Shown here piece by piece: positions 28,449 to 38,175 of a DNA stretch of 64,000 nucleotides. The position numbers and the translations under genes are program-made. This DNA comes from Microthrixaceae bacterium (GTDB lineage Bacteria > Actinomycetota > Acidimicrobiia > Acidimicrobiales > VFJN01): contig JBQTKH010000105.1 of assembly GCA_052386335.1 (NCBI GenBank), positions 6,368-70,367 of the forward strand. Direction: 5' to 3'. Position 1 is the stretch's first letter; every line of letters begins with the position of its first letter. The notes below the pieces were generated by a model, which saw only the letters and a program-made list of their open reading frames with translations, made no database searches and had not been told where the DNA came from.

Positions 28449-29236
28449 CAGGTGGCCGCAGCGCCCGCCCGCCGTCGCTCGATCAACCAGCCGGCCAAGA
28501 TCGAGGCCTCGTAGAACGCCACCATCGGGACGGACAGCATCAGCATGCTGATGGGGTCACCCGACGGGGTGATCACGGCAACGACGATGCAGATCCCCAC
28601 CACCGCGTAGCGGCGGGCGCGGCGCAGCGATCGCGAGGTCACGATCCCGGCCATCTGGAGGAACACGAGCAGGATCGGGAACTCGAACCCGATCCCGAAG
28701 GCCAGCATCATGTAGGTGATCAGCGAGAAGTACTTCTGGGGGGCGAACGCGGTGACGAAGTTGTCCTCACCACCGATCGCCACGAGGAAGTCGAGGGCCT
28801 GGGGCAGCGTGTAGTACGCGAGGCCGGCGCCCAGCACGAACAAGGTCAGCGCGGAGACCATGAACGGGATGGCGTACCGCTTCTCGTGGGCGTAGAGGCC
28901 GGGCGTGACGAAGCGCCAGATCTGCCAGAGGATCACGGGCATGGCGAGCCCGATGCCGCCGTAGGCCGCGAGCTTCATGCGGATCGCGAAGCCCTCGAGC
29001 GGGTCGATCTGGAGCAGCTTCCCGTCGTTGAGCGTTGCGCCCGGGCGGCTGGCGGCGACGTCCTTGTACGGCCCGAGGAGGACGTCGAAGATCTGCTCGT
29101 AGAGGAAGAACGCGACGACCATCCCGAGCACCACCGCGACCGCGACCTTGATGAGCCGGTTCCGGAGCTCGGTGAGGTGCTCGACCAGCGACATGCGGGC
29201 GTCGTCAGCGGACATCCTGATCGTCGCGATGCTCAT
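28448..29236 (-). CDS. tatC: twin-arginine translocase subunit TatC
   Basis: 262-aa polytopic ORF. LVEHLTELRNRLIK is the typical TatC N-terminus. ATGA overlap with tatA. Confidence 0.92.
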   Translation of the reverse strand: MSIATIRMSADDARMSLVEHLTELRNRLIKVAVAVVLGMVVAFFLYEQIFDVLLGPYKDVAASRPGATLNDGKLLQIDPLEGFAIRMKLAAYGGIGLAMPVILWQIWRFVTPGLYAHEKRYAIPFMVSALTLFVLGAGLAYYTLPQALDFLVAIGGEDNFVTAFAPQKYFSLITYMMLAFGIGFEFPILLVFLQMAGIVTSRSLRRARRYAVVGICIVVAVITPSGDPISMLMLSVPMVAFYEASILAGWLIERRRAGAAAT

Positions 29237-29607
29237 GCGCCCTTGCCGCGGGGCTTGGTGCCCTTCGGCAACGGCGATGCGGTCTTCCTGTTGTTGGCGG
29301 GCGCAGCTCGCAGCGGCTCTCGCCGCCTCGGCGCCTGTCCGCTCACCGACTCGACTGCAGCGGGGGGCGCGGTGTGCACCGGAGGCTGGGCCAGGACGTC
29401 ACGCCGCGGCGCATCCGCGACGGGGCTGGTGAGCTCGGCATCGGAGAACGCGTCGCGGAGCTCGTTCTGGAACCCCGAGGACAGGCGCCGAAGCTCCCCG
29501 ATCGCCTTCCCGGCCTGCCGGGCGGCATCCGGGAGCCGTTGCGGGCCCAGGACGATGAGGGCGATGAAGGCGATCACCAACACCTCGCCCCCACCGACGT
29601 TGAACAT
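29233..29607 (-). CDS. tatA: twin-arginine translocase TatA/TatB family protein
   Basis: 124-aa ORF. MFNVGGGEVLVIAFIALIVLGPQRLPDAARQAGKAIGELRR is the TM plus amphipathic-helix signature. Confidence 0.9.
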   Translation of the reverse strand: MFNVGGGEVLVIAFIALIVLGPQRLPDAARQAGKAIGELRRLSSGFQNELRDAFSDAELTSPVADAPRRDVLAQPPVHTAPPAAVESVSGQAPRRREPLRAAPANNRKTASPLPKGTKPRGKGA

Positions 29608-29633
29608 GGCGGCGAGTGTACTGGGGGGTCAGA

Positions 29634-29837
29634 TCAGCGAGATCGCAGGTCGTGCAGAGAGGCGCGGGCCCGAGCAGACTCAGCCCGCACATCGGCGACC
29701 GCGACGCGCACCTCGTCGAGGCGGCGCAGCTGCATCGCGAGCGCGTCGGTGGCCTCGGCCATCGCGCGCATCTGGAGGAGGACGATCGCGACCGCAGCGG
29801 TCACAGCGACCGGCGGCACCGCCCAGAGGAGGGACAT
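29634..29837 (-). CDS. hypothetical small membrane protein
   Basis: 67-aa ORF with one N-terminal TM helix (LLWAVPPVAVTAAVAIVLL) followed by a helical Ala/Arg-rich tail. Lies just upstream of tatA on the same strand. Confidence 0.5.
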   Translation of the reverse strand: MSLLWAVPPVAVTAAVAIVLLQMRAMAEATDALAMQLRRLDEVRVAVADVRAESARARASLHDLRSR

Positions 29838-29857
29838 GACCGCGACCGTAACCCGGC

Positions 29858-30193
29858 TCAGCCGGATGCGGGCAGCTGGGCGACGGCCTCGAACCAGTCA
29901 GGCGACTGGAGGAGGCGGTGGAAGTCGATCAGGTCGTCGTGGCTGATCGCGTCGCCATCGTGAGCCTCGAAGAGCTCGGCCGGCAGGTGCCACTCGATGA
30001 GCTCGACACCGGATGCGACCAGGAGGTCGATGATGCGCTGCTCGGCGGGCTTGGCCACCGACATCTGGCAGGTCGGGCATCGGAAGACGTACGTGCCCTG
30101 CGTCGCCGCGGTGCAGACCCGGACGCTGAGCTCGCTCACTCCCAGCTCCACGTCGCCGCACTCCATGCAGCTCGCCTTGATGACTGTCGCCAT
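29858..30193 (-). CDS. small zinc-ribbon protein (hypothetical)
   Basis: Start at ATG 30193 (MATVIKASCMECGDVEL...), 111 aa. CMEC...CPTC Cys pairs. The longer 152-aa ORF extension looks non-coding. Confidence 0.6.
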   Translation of the reverse strand: MATVIKASCMECGDVELGVSELSVRVCTAATQGTYVFRCPTCQMSVAKPAEQRIIDLLVASGVELIEWHLPAELFEAHDGDAISHDDLIDFHRLLQSPDWFEAVAQLPASG

Positions 30194-30287
30194 GTTCGCC
30201 CGATCCTCCCGATCGCCTCGCTTCATCGATGTGGTTGTCGGCTCCGTCACCTTTCCGCTTGAGCGGTCTCTGGCACAATGGGCCGTC

Positions 30288-31004
30288 GTGCCCACTCGGC
30301 TGCCCCCGCTCCGCACACCTCAGATCGGGTTCGCCCATCGCGGTGCTCGTGCGAATGCACCTGAGAACACACGGGAAGCATTCACGTTGGCTGTCAAGCT
30401 GGGCGCGACGGGCCTGGAGAGCGACGTGTGGCTCACCGCTGACGGCGAGGCCGTGCTCGACCACGACGGCGTCGTCCGCCGGGGGGTGCGCAAGCAGCCG
30501 ATCTCGGGCTTTCGTCGAGCCGAGCTCCCCGCCCACATCCCCACCCTCGCTGAGCTCTACGACCTCGTGGGGACGGGGCTCGAGATCTCCCTGGACGTGA
30601 AGGACACTGCGGCGTTCGACCGCGTCGTCGAGGTGGCTCGGGCTGCGGGTGGCGACGCCCTGTCGCGCCTGTGGCTGTGCCATCACCGGAGCACGCAGGT
30701 GGCCGCATGGCGTCAGCGGTGCACAGAGGTCCGACTCGTCGACTCGACCTTCCTCGGCCACATGCCCCATGGACCAGAGCGCCGGGCCGCTGAGCTGGCC
30801 GAGGCGGGCGTCGATGCGGTCAACCTGCACCACACGGAGTGGAACGGGGGCCTCACCGCGCTGTTCCACCGCTTCGGGGTGCTCTGCTTCGGTTGGGACG
30901 CCCAACACGACCGCATCCTCGACAACCTGCTCGATGCGGGTCTCGACGCCGTGTACAGCGACCACGTCGATCGCATGGTCGACGCCCTTGCCCGCGCGGT
31001 GTGA
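30288..31004 (+). CDS. glycerophosphodiester phosphodiesterase family protein
   Basis: GDPD motifs IGFAHRGARANAPENT and GLESDVWLTADGEAVLDHD. Start uncertain: GTG 30288 proposed, and the ORF is open from 29997 but would overlap the divergent gene. Confidence 0.8.
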   Translation: MPTRLPPLRTPQIGFAHRGARANAPENTREAFTLAVKLGATGLESDVWLTADGEAVLDHDGVVRRGVRKQPISGFRRAELPAHIPTLAELYDLVGTGLEISLDVKDTAAFDRVVEVARAAGGDALSRLWLCHHRSTQVAAWRQRCTEVRLVDSTFLGHMPHGPERRAAELAEAGVDAVNLHHTEWNGGLTALFHRFGVLCFGWDAQHDRILDNLLDAGLDAVYSDHVDRMVDALARAV

Positions 31005-31008
31005 CGAG

Positions 31009-31662
31009 CTACAGGCGCCCGATCTTGCCCGGTGGCCACACGAGGACGAAAGCGCGGCCAACGATCGAATCGATCGGGATCGGACCGCGATCCGCGTACC
31101 GGCTGTCGTGAGAGTTGGCGCGGTTGTCGCCCATGACGAACACCTTGTCGTCGGGGACGACTTGCCGCTCGATCGGCGGGTTGTTGCCGTCGGCTGGATC
31201 CCCCGTCATCGTCCCCTCAGAGAGATACGGCTCGCTGAGCAGCTCGTCGTTCACGTACACCCGGCCCTCGCGACTCTCGATCGTGTCCCCCGGCAAGCCG
31301 ATCACCCGCTTGATCAGATCCTTGATGCCGTCCACCCCGACCGCCTCGCGGGGGATCTCGAACACCACCACGTCGCCACGGCGCACGTCGTGGAGGTCGT
31401 AGCTCACCTTGTTGACGAGCACCCGATCGCCCTTCTCGAGGGTGGGCTCCATCGACGCGGACGGGATGTAGAACGCCTGGAAGAGGAAGGTCTTGACCAC
31501 GAGCGCCACGACCAGCGCTCCCACGATGACGGCCACCCACTCGACCATCGACCGAACGCGCTCGTTCCCGTCGCCTTCGGGATCGGCGGCCGCGTCGGTG
31601 GTGGCGGCGTCCGGGTCGGTCTCGGGAGGAGGGGAGGTCTCAGGACCGGGGGCGTCGCTCAC
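31009..31662 (-). CDS. lepB: signal peptidase I
   Basis: 217-aa ORF with an N-terminal TM helix, catalytic Ser box IPSASMEPTL, and GDNRANSHDSRY. Confidence 0.92.
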   Translation of the reverse strand: MSDAPGPETSPPPETDPDAATTDAAADPEGDGNERVRSMVEWVAVIVGALVVALVVKTFLFQAFYIPSASMEPTLEKGDRVLVNKVSYDLHDVRRGDVVVFEIPREAVGVDGIKDLIKRVIGLPGDTIESREGRVYVNDELLSEPYLSEGTMTGDPADGNNPPIERQVVPDDKVFVMGDNRANSHDSRYADRGPIPIDSIVGRAFVLVWPPGKIGRL

Positions 31663-31668
31663 GTCGGG

Positions 31669-32634
31669 TCAACGGTAGCGGTCGAGGATGCGCGCAGCGG
31701 CGCGACCTCCGGCGCCTCGTAGCTCCGGTGGCGCGTCCACAACCTCCGCGTCCGGACCGAGGTTCACGAGGAGTCGCTCCAACCAGGGCTCCGCCGCGAT
31801 GGCCATGGTGACCAGCAGTGAGCCATCGGGCTGCGGGTCGACCTCCTCGACCGGGTAGGCCTCCGAGACCCACGCCGCTGCACTCGCGAGGCGCAGGACC
31901 ACCCGAGGGTCGTCGTCGTCAGGTTGGAACACCCCGACGCTGACGCCGTCGGGGGACGGCTCGAACTGATCATCGAGGAGCGTCGCGGCGAGGATGCGAT
32001 CCAGCCGGAAGCGGCGCTCCCCGCGTGCGAGGTGGCAGTACCCCAGCAGGTAGAGACTGCCGTCGGCGGCATGGACGAGGTACGGGTCGACGTCGCGCTC
32101 GGTGCGGGTGTCGCGGCCGTACGAGTAGTAGTCGAGGTGCACGCGCCGCCGCTCGCGCACGGCCGTGCGCACCACGTCGAGGATCTCGACCTGAGCGCCC
32201 CCCAGGTTGATGTCGAGCACCTGCGCCGCATCGACGCCGAGCACCGCCGCCAGCTTCGTGACACCGCGGGCCAGCGCGCTGTCGTGATCTGCGCCCGGCA
32301 GCGCGAGGACCGAGGCGCCGGCCGCCAGCAGCGCCACGGCCTGGTCGGGGGTGAGGCGCTGGGGGGTGGCGAACACGTCCGCGTAGTGGATCCACACGCG
32401 GTCGCCCTCCTGGACGACGTCGATCAGCGCGTCGGGCGTGTAGGGCGGCAGCCCGACCAGCCACACCACCTCGAGGTCGGCGGCGAGCTGGGTGGCGGTG
32501 ATGCCAAACCGGGCGCGCACCTCGTCGAGGGTTGGGCCGTCGTGTGCGGCGATCCACGGCACCATCGCGAGCAGCCGTTGGAGGCGCGCCCCCGAGGCCT
32601 GGTTGGCCGGCTTCACGACACCTGGTCCAACCAC
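31669..32634 (-). CDS. pafC: WYL-domain transcriptional regulator PafC
   Basis: ARLQRLLAMVPWIAAHDGPTLDEVRARFGIT (HTH) followed by a WYL-type domain. Second of the tandem pafBC pair. An alternative GTG start at 32616 forms a GTGA overlap with the pafB stop. Confidence 0.88.
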   Translation of the reverse strand: MVGPGVVKPANQASGARLQRLLAMVPWIAAHDGPTLDEVRARFGITATQLAADLEVVWLVGLPPYTPDALIDVVQEGDRVWIHYADVFATPQRLTPDQAVALLAAGASVLALPGADHDSALARGVTKLAAVLGVDAAQVLDINLGGAQVEILDVVRTAVRERRRVHLDYYSYGRDTRTERDVDPYLVHAADGSLYLLGYCHLARGERRFRLDRILAATLLDDQFEPSPDGVSVGVFQPDDDDPRVVLRLASAAAWVSEAYPVEEVDPQPDGSLLVTMAIAAEPWLERLLVNLGPDAEVVDAPPELRGAGGRAAARILDRYR

Positions 32635-33557
32635 GCGATGAGGTCGGCGCGCAGATCCGGCGGTTCCAGGAGCTCCGCGTGCTCGAGGAACGACAGCACG
32701 AACGAGCGGAGCGCCGCCCGGTTGGCCACCGGCAGCTCGATGACGACCACCGGATCGCTTCCGTCGGTCGGAACCTCCACCGAACGCACTTGGTCCGGGC
32801 CGACGTGTTGCATGGCCCAGCGCGCCTGTGGACCGTCGATGCGCACGAGCGCTTGCACCGGCTCCTCGCCGCCGAGCTCCCAGACGCCGCGGGCACGGCC
32901 GGGAACGGTGGTCTCAGGGGGCGAGAAGCTCGGGAGGTCGGTCGCGGCGACGCGGCCCTCGATGCGATCGAGCCGGTAGTTCCGCTCCTCGTCCCGCAGG
33001 TGGTCGTACCCGGTGAGATACCAGCGTCCCCGCTGGAACTCGAGGCGGTACGGGTCGATGGTGCGCTCCTGGTCGTGGTAGCGCAGCGCGACCGGCGTGC
33101 GGGAGGCAACCGCGCTGAAGAGCACCGCGAGGTTCGGATCCGACGGCAGTGGGGCAACGTGCACCCCGAGGTCGCCAGGGGCGGGGTCGCCCACCAGGCC
33201 GCCGAGCTTGAGCAGCCCTTCGGTGGCGGGGAGCCCCTCGACCTGCACCGCTGACGCGGCGAGGTGGAGAGCGGCCAGCTCGTCGGGCGCGAGCCCGGGA
33301 TCGCGCAGGGCGTACTCCTCGCGCGGGATCCGGTAGCCATCCACCGCCGGCATCGTGCCGGGCACCTTCTCCACCCGCAGCGGGATGCCCATCGATCTGA
33401 GCTCGTCCTTGTCGCGCTCGAAGGCGCGCCGGAAGGCCCCCTGCTCACGCGGGTAGGTCTCCAGCTGGGCCTGGATGACCTCGGCCGAGATCGGACGAGC
33501 GGTGTCGAGCAGGAGTGCGGTGAGGTTGAGCAGGCGCTCGAGCTTGACGGCCGACAT
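32613..33557 (-). CDS. pafB: WYL-domain transcriptional regulator PafB
   Basis: Start at ATG 33557 (MSAVKLERLLNLTALLLDTARPISAEVIQAQL...AFERDKDELRSMGIPL), 314 aa. The upstream part of the 412-aa ORF is a shadow. Confidence 0.88.
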   Translation of the reverse strand: MSAVKLERLLNLTALLLDTARPISAEVIQAQLETYPREQGAFRRAFERDKDELRSMGIPLRVEKVPGTMPAVDGYRIPREEYALRDPGLAPDELAALHLAASAVQVEGLPATEGLLKLGGLVGDPAPGDLGVHVAPLPSDPNLAVLFSAVASRTPVALRYHDQERTIDPYRLEFQRGRWYLTGYDHLRDEERNYRLDRIEGRVAATDLPSFSPPETTVPGRARGVWELGGEEPVQALVRIDGPQARWAMQHVGPDQVRSVEVPTDGSDPVVVIELPVANRAALRSFVLSFLEHAELLEPPDLRADLIAWLDQVS

Positions 33558-33567
33558 CGTCTGGACC

Positions 33568-34578
33568 CTACCGACCGACCGGGAGCACCTGGGCTGCGAG
33601 CGCGCCGGCGGCGCCTGCCGCCTCGAAGAAGAGCGGGTCGTCGTCCGGACCGCGACCCATCGTCGTGACCGTGAGCCCGGCATCGTGGAGCAGCATCGAC
33701 ATCGGCGGCGGGACCACCCGGCGAACATCGTGACGCTGGTCGGCGAACGCGCCGTCGGCGGGACTGGCAACGAGCACGCGCGAGCGCGCGAGCTCCAAGG
33801 CGGTGCGCGAGTGGTGGCTGACCCCTCGATGGCGATCGCGCTCGTCGGCACTGCTCATGCGGAGTGCGGCGATGGGCTGGCCCCCGAGCGCGGCGGCGGC
33901 ATCGAGGATGGCCGCCACCTCCACCGCGGTCGTGCCGAGCCGCGAGCCCGTTCCCACCACACCTGGGCCCATCGCCACGACGGTGACGTCGGCGCCGAGC
34001 ACGTGGCGGGCCAGCAGGAGCGCGGAGGGCACCGACACCGCCTCGAGGTCGCCACCGAAGGCGTGACCTGCGGTGACCGTGGCGGCCACGAGACCCGAGG
34101 CCTCCATGGCGAGCACCAGGTCGGACAGCGCCATCGGGAGGGCGGCGCCATCGGTCATCACGTAGACCACCCGCGCGGTGGGAACCGCGCCCACGACCGC
34201 GGCCGCGACGCACGGCACCTGGCTGTGGAGGCTGCACGCCACGACAGGCATGCCCCCGAGATCTTCGGGCAGGTCAGGATGGGATTCCTCTGCCGCGCCG
34301 GTGTCGACCTGGAGGCTCGTGTATCGCAGCTTCATGATGTGCCCTGGCCCCGGTTCGCTCCACGCGTCTCGTTCGAGGTTCCAGTGGACGACGTGCCAGC
34401 CCCCGGTGCCGAGCCCGAGCTCGACCGCTGTGGTGTTGAGCACCACGCGGTCGCCCACCGCCACAGGGCCGGTGAGGCCCGTGAGCACGTACGCGCGGCC
34501 GACATCGGTGGTGACGCGCTGGAGCCCCAGCCGCTCCACGAGCACCTCGGTGACCGTGCCGGTGCGATAACTGGGCAC
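33568..34578 (-). CDS. DUF3866-like protein
   Basis: 336-aa ORF with GTG start overlapping the pafA stop by 1 nt. Contains VLNTTAVELGLGTGGWHVVHWN. Assignment to DUF3866 is from memory of the family pattern, not a search. Confidence 0.7.
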   Translation of the reverse strand: MPSYRTGTVTEVLVERLGLQRVTTDVGRAYVLTGLTGPVAVGDRVVLNTTAVELGLGTGGWHVVHWNLERDAWSEPGPGHIMKLRYTSLQVDTGAAEESHPDLPEDLGGMPVVACSLHSQVPCVAAAVVGAVPTARVVYVMTDGAALPMALSDLVLAMEASGLVAATVTAGHAFGGDLEAVSVPSALLLARHVLGADVTVVAMGPGVVGTGSRLGTTAVEVAAILDAAAALGGQPIAALRMSSADERDRHRGVSHHSRTALELARSRVLVASPADGAFADQRHDVRRVVPPPMSMLLHDAGLTVTTMGRGPDDDPLFFEAAGAAGALAAQVLPVGR

Positions 34579-35936
34579 TAGAGCGAGGCGATGAGCTTCT
34601 CGACCCGTTCGTCACGGGAGCGGAACGGGTCCTTGCACAGCACGGTCCGCTGGGCCTGATCGTTGAGCTTCAGGTGGACCCAGTCGACCGTGTAGTCGCG
34701 CTTGCGCTCCTTGGCCCGCCGGATGAACTCGCCGCGCAGCCGAGCCCGAGTGGTCTGCGGGGGCGTCTCGACGGCTTCGTCGATGTCCGCGTCGGTGCAC
34801 GTGCGCTCGACGAGGCCGGCGTCTTGCATCTTGTAGAAGAGCCCGCGGTCGCGGCTGATGTCGTGGTACTGCAGGTCGATGAGGGCCACCTTCGGGTGGG
34901 TCAGTGCCAGATCGTGCTTAGCCCGGTAGCCCTCGATCAGCTTGTGCTTGATCACCCAGTCGCACTCGCGGTCGAGGTCCATCGGATCACGTTCGATCGT
35001 GGACACGCAGTGCTCCCACATGCCGAGCGCCTGCTTCTCGAGCGGGCTCACGCCCTTGCTCTCGGCGTACTTGAGCGCCTTCGCGAGGTACTCGCTCTGG
35101 ATGTCGAGTGCCGACAGCTCACGGCCATTGGCGAGGCGCACCTTGCGCCGGCAGGTCGTGTCGTGGCTGATCTCACGGATGGCCCGGATCGGGTTCTCGA
35201 GCGTGAGGTCGCGGAGCACCTGACTCGGGTCCTCGAGCATCCGCAGCAGGATCGAGGTCGCCCCCACCTTGAGGAAGGTGGCGTACTCGCTCATGTTCGA
35301 GTCACCCACGATCACATGCAGGCGCCGGTATCGCTCGGCGTCGGCATGGGGCTCGTCCCGGGTGTTGATGATCGGGCGGCTCCGCGTCGTGGCGGAGCTC
35401 ACGCCCTCCCAGATGTGCTCGGCCCGCTGCGAGATGCAGTACATCGCGCCGCGCGCGGTCTGCAGCACCTTGCCAGCTCCCGCGTAGATCTGGCGCGACA
35501 CGAAGAACGGGATGAGCACCTCGGCGTAGTGGCCGAAGGCGTCGCGCCGAGAGGTGAGGGCGTTCTCGTGCCAGCCCTAGCTGTTGCCCGCGGAGTCGGT
35601 GTTGTTCTTGAAGAGGTAGATGACGCCGCGAATCCCCTCTTCGCGGAGGCGCTGCTCCGCCGAACCGAGCAGCTGCTCGAGGATCCGCTCCCCCGCCTTG
35701 TCGTGGGTGACGAGATCGAGGATGGAGTCGCACTCGGGGGTGGCGTACTCGGGGTGGGAGCCCACATCGAGGTAGAGGCGAGCGCCGTTGGCGAGGAACA
35801 CGTTGCTGCTCCGCCCCCAGGACACCACGCGACGGAAGAGGTAGCGCGCCACCTCGTCGGGGCTCAGGCGGCGTTGGCCCCGAAGCGTGCACGTGACTCC
35901 GTACTCGTTCTCGAGTCCGAAGATCCGCCGCTCCAT
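34578..35936 (-). pseudogene. pafA: Pup ligase PafA interrupted by one in-frame TAG (codon 120 of 452)
   Basis: [16 protein letters not shown]...[53 protein letters not shown]...[29 protein letters not shown]. Both pieces (35577..35993 and 34578..35519 in the ORF track) are in the same frame. Total length of 452 codons equals mycobacterial PafA as I recall it. The stop at 35577-35579 replaces the Tyr of the motif I recall as invariant, YGCHENY. Confidence 0.85.
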
Positions 35937-36029
35937 GTCGAGCAACCTATCGCTGCTTTGGTCACTCGTAGCGGAGGGCCTCGCGCACTTCACCCGAGCG
36001 GCAGAACGAGCCAGCGAATGCGGCAGTCG

Positions 36030-37436
36030 TCAGGGGACGAGTGCCGCGCTGAGCGCTCCCACAGGTCTGGCCGTCAGAGCGGGATCGCCAGAGGAGGCGA
36101 GCCGGCAGAACTGTCGTTCACCTTCCGCAAGCGGGTTCACCGCACTGAGGTTGGCAAGCCATGACTGGTCGATCGCCTCGACTGACGGAATGAGGTCGGG
36201 CGAAGGGCTGAATTTCAGGATGTCGATGCCCCGCTGGTAGTCGATCGTGTAGATGTACTCATCGTCTATCCAGTGGGCGGCCGAGGCGGAGCCGACGCCG
36301 GGCTGCCACCAGCCGAGCTGGCTGATCACGCCGGTGGCTCCATCGACCTTGAGGATGCGGGTGCCGTGCTCATACCACGCCCCCGCGACGATCTGGTCGT
36401 TCCCCTCCGTGCGCGACGTGAACCAGTGCCCCGAGCAACCCAGCTCGTTCACGGCCGGATCGCCGTTGGTGTAGGAGCCGCTCACCGGACGAAGCACATC
36501 GGCAACGGTCATCATGGTTCCCTTCGTGACGTTGACGGCCTTCCAGGTCGCGAACGGTCCGGAGCCCGAGTTGCACACGCCAGAGAAGTTGGTCTCGCCG
36601 TTACCCAGCACGAGCTCGCCGGGGCGGAGGGGGTAGTTGGTTCCCTCAGCCTCAGACCGCTCGATGTACTCGTCAGCGCGAGGACGCAGGTTGTTGTGCT
36701 GGTAGGCGGTCTTGTAGGTCCCGTGCTGGGCGGTGCTCGAGGTGGCGATCCTCCGCGGTGCTAGTGGGTTGGAGATGTCGGCGAACACCATCGGACGAGT
36801 GTCGGTCATGGCATAGCCAGCAGCATCGATGTTCACGTTGTGACCAGGGCCCACGAAGAGCTGCGAGGTCCAGGTCGTGGAGAGGAACACGGGGTTGGCC
36901 TTGTCACGCAGGTCGAGGATCTCGCCATCCGAGCCCCACACGACATCACAAGCAGGATCCATGCAGTCAGCGATGTGGCCGGCCGCCCGGAACGGCACGG
37001 TGGACTTCAGAACCGGGAGCGTGGGATCGGAAACGTCGATCACGTGCACGTAGAAGATGTTCATGAACTCGGTCATCAGGGCCGTCTTGCCGTCGGCCGA
37101 GACCGTGATGTCCTCGTTCTCCCAGTTCGGCATCGGAAGATGACTGAGCAGCAGGGGCTCAGCGGGGCTGCTGAGGTCGTAGATCGAGAGCCCCGGTACA
37201 CCGGACACGTACATGAGGCGACGGCCCTGATCGTCGGTGCGGAGATGGGCGCCCACACCTGGCGAATCGAGGGGGATGGTGCCCACGTAGTCCACGTTGG
37301 GCGATGCGAACCCCGGGTTCACCGGTAGATCCACCAACGGCACCGGCACCCCCTGGTGCAGGTCGGCATTGGCCGGGTTGACCATCGCGATCAACCCGAT
37401 GACGGCAATTAGCGCAATTGTCCTGGTTCGCACCAC
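36030..37436 (-). CDS. secreted LVIVD-repeat beta-propeller protein
   Basis: 468-aa ORF. Signal peptide (MVRTRTIALIAVIGLIAMVNPANA). Repeated LxxxDxSxPxxP units (LSIYDLSSPAEP, YVHVIDVSDPTLP, MVFADISNPLAP). Visibly lower GC than the neighbours. Confidence 0.8.
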   Translation of the reverse strand: MVRTRTIALIAVIGLIAMVNPANADLHQGVPVPLVDLPVNPGFASPNVDYVGTIPLDSPGVGAHLRTDDQGRRLMYVSGVPGLSIYDLSSPAEPLLLSHLPMPNWENEDITVSADGKTALMTEFMNIFYVHVIDVSDPTLPVLKSTVPFRAAGHIADCMDPACDVVWGSDGEILDLRDKANPVFLSTTWTSQLFVGPGHNVNIDAAGYAMTDTRPMVFADISNPLAPRRIATSSTAQHGTYKTAYQHNNLRPRADEYIERSEAEGTNYPLRPGELVLGNGETNFSGVCNSGSGPFATWKAVNVTKGTMMTVADVLRPVSGSYTNGDPAVNELGCSGHWFTSRTEGNDQIVAGAWYEHGTRILKVDGATGVISQLGWWQPGVGSASAAHWIDDEYIYTIDYQRGIDILKFSPSPDLIPSVEAIDQSWLANLSAVNPLAEGERQFCRLASSGDPALTARPVGALSAALVP

Positions 37437-37491
37437 CAGAGATTAGGCACGGACGCGGGGACTCCTGCGCGGAGCGTCAACTTCTTGCTGG

Positions 37492-38175
37492 TCAGCCGGC
37501 GGGCAACAGCGTGGTCAGCTCGGCATCCTCCACGCGGCGGAAGGCTCTGCGCCCGTTGCTGCGGGACAGCACTGCCACCTCGAGCTCTTCCGGCGCGATC
37601 ACACGATCCGGCCCCGCCAGCGCCGACACGGCCGCGTTGAGGGCCCCACCGAGATCGAGATCTGGCTGGAAGAGCTCATCCAGTCGTGAGCCGATGGCCT
37701 CGGCGTCGCCGCCGATCACGCTGAAGCGGTCCTCGTCCACGACGGAGCCGTCGTAGACGATGTGGAAGATCTGATCGTCGCTCGAGGCGGCGCCGACCTC
37801 GGCGACGAGGATCTCCACCTCCATCGGCTTCATCTCATGCGTGAAGATCTGGCCGAGCATCTGGGCGTAGGCATTGGCCAGGCTGCGAGCGTCGACGTCC
37901 TCCCGGCTGTAGCTGTAGCCCTTGAGATCGGCGTGACGCACACCAGCGATGCGGAGCTGGTCGAACTCGTTGTACTTGCCGACGCCCGCGAAGGCGATGC
38001 GGTCGTAGATCTCGCTGACCTTGTGCAAGGTGCCTGACGTGTTCTCGGCCGCGATCAGGATGCCGTCGGCGTAGAGGATGGCTGCCGCGCTGCGACCCCG
38101 GGCGATGCCCTTGCGGGCGTAGTCGGCCCGGTCCTTCATCACCTGCTCGGGTGCGACGTAGAAGGGCATGCTCAT
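37492..38175 (-). CDS. prcA: 20S proteasome alpha subunit
   Basis: 227-aa ORF. MSMPFYVAPEQVMKDRADYARKGIARGRS... is the typical bacterial PrcA N-terminus. ATGA overlap with prcB. Confidence 0.95.
   Translation of the reverse strand: MSMPFYVAPEQVMKDRADYARKGIARGRSAAAILYADGILIAAENTSGTLHKVSEIYDRIAFAGVGKYNEFDQLRIAGVRHADLKGYSYSREDVDARSLANAYAQMLGQIFTHEMKPMEVEILVAEVGAASSDDQIFHIVYDGSVVDEDRFSVIGGDAEAIGSRLDELFQPDLDLGGALNAAVSALAGPDRVIAPEELEVAVLSRSNGRRAFRRVEDAELTTLLPAG

Noticed and set aside
31970-34237. 755-aa minus-strand ORF
   Set aside because: This is an out-of-frame reading across pafC, pafB and the DUF3866-like gene. It is extremely Arg/Pro/Gly-rich, whereas the alternative frames give clear PafB/PafC sequences.
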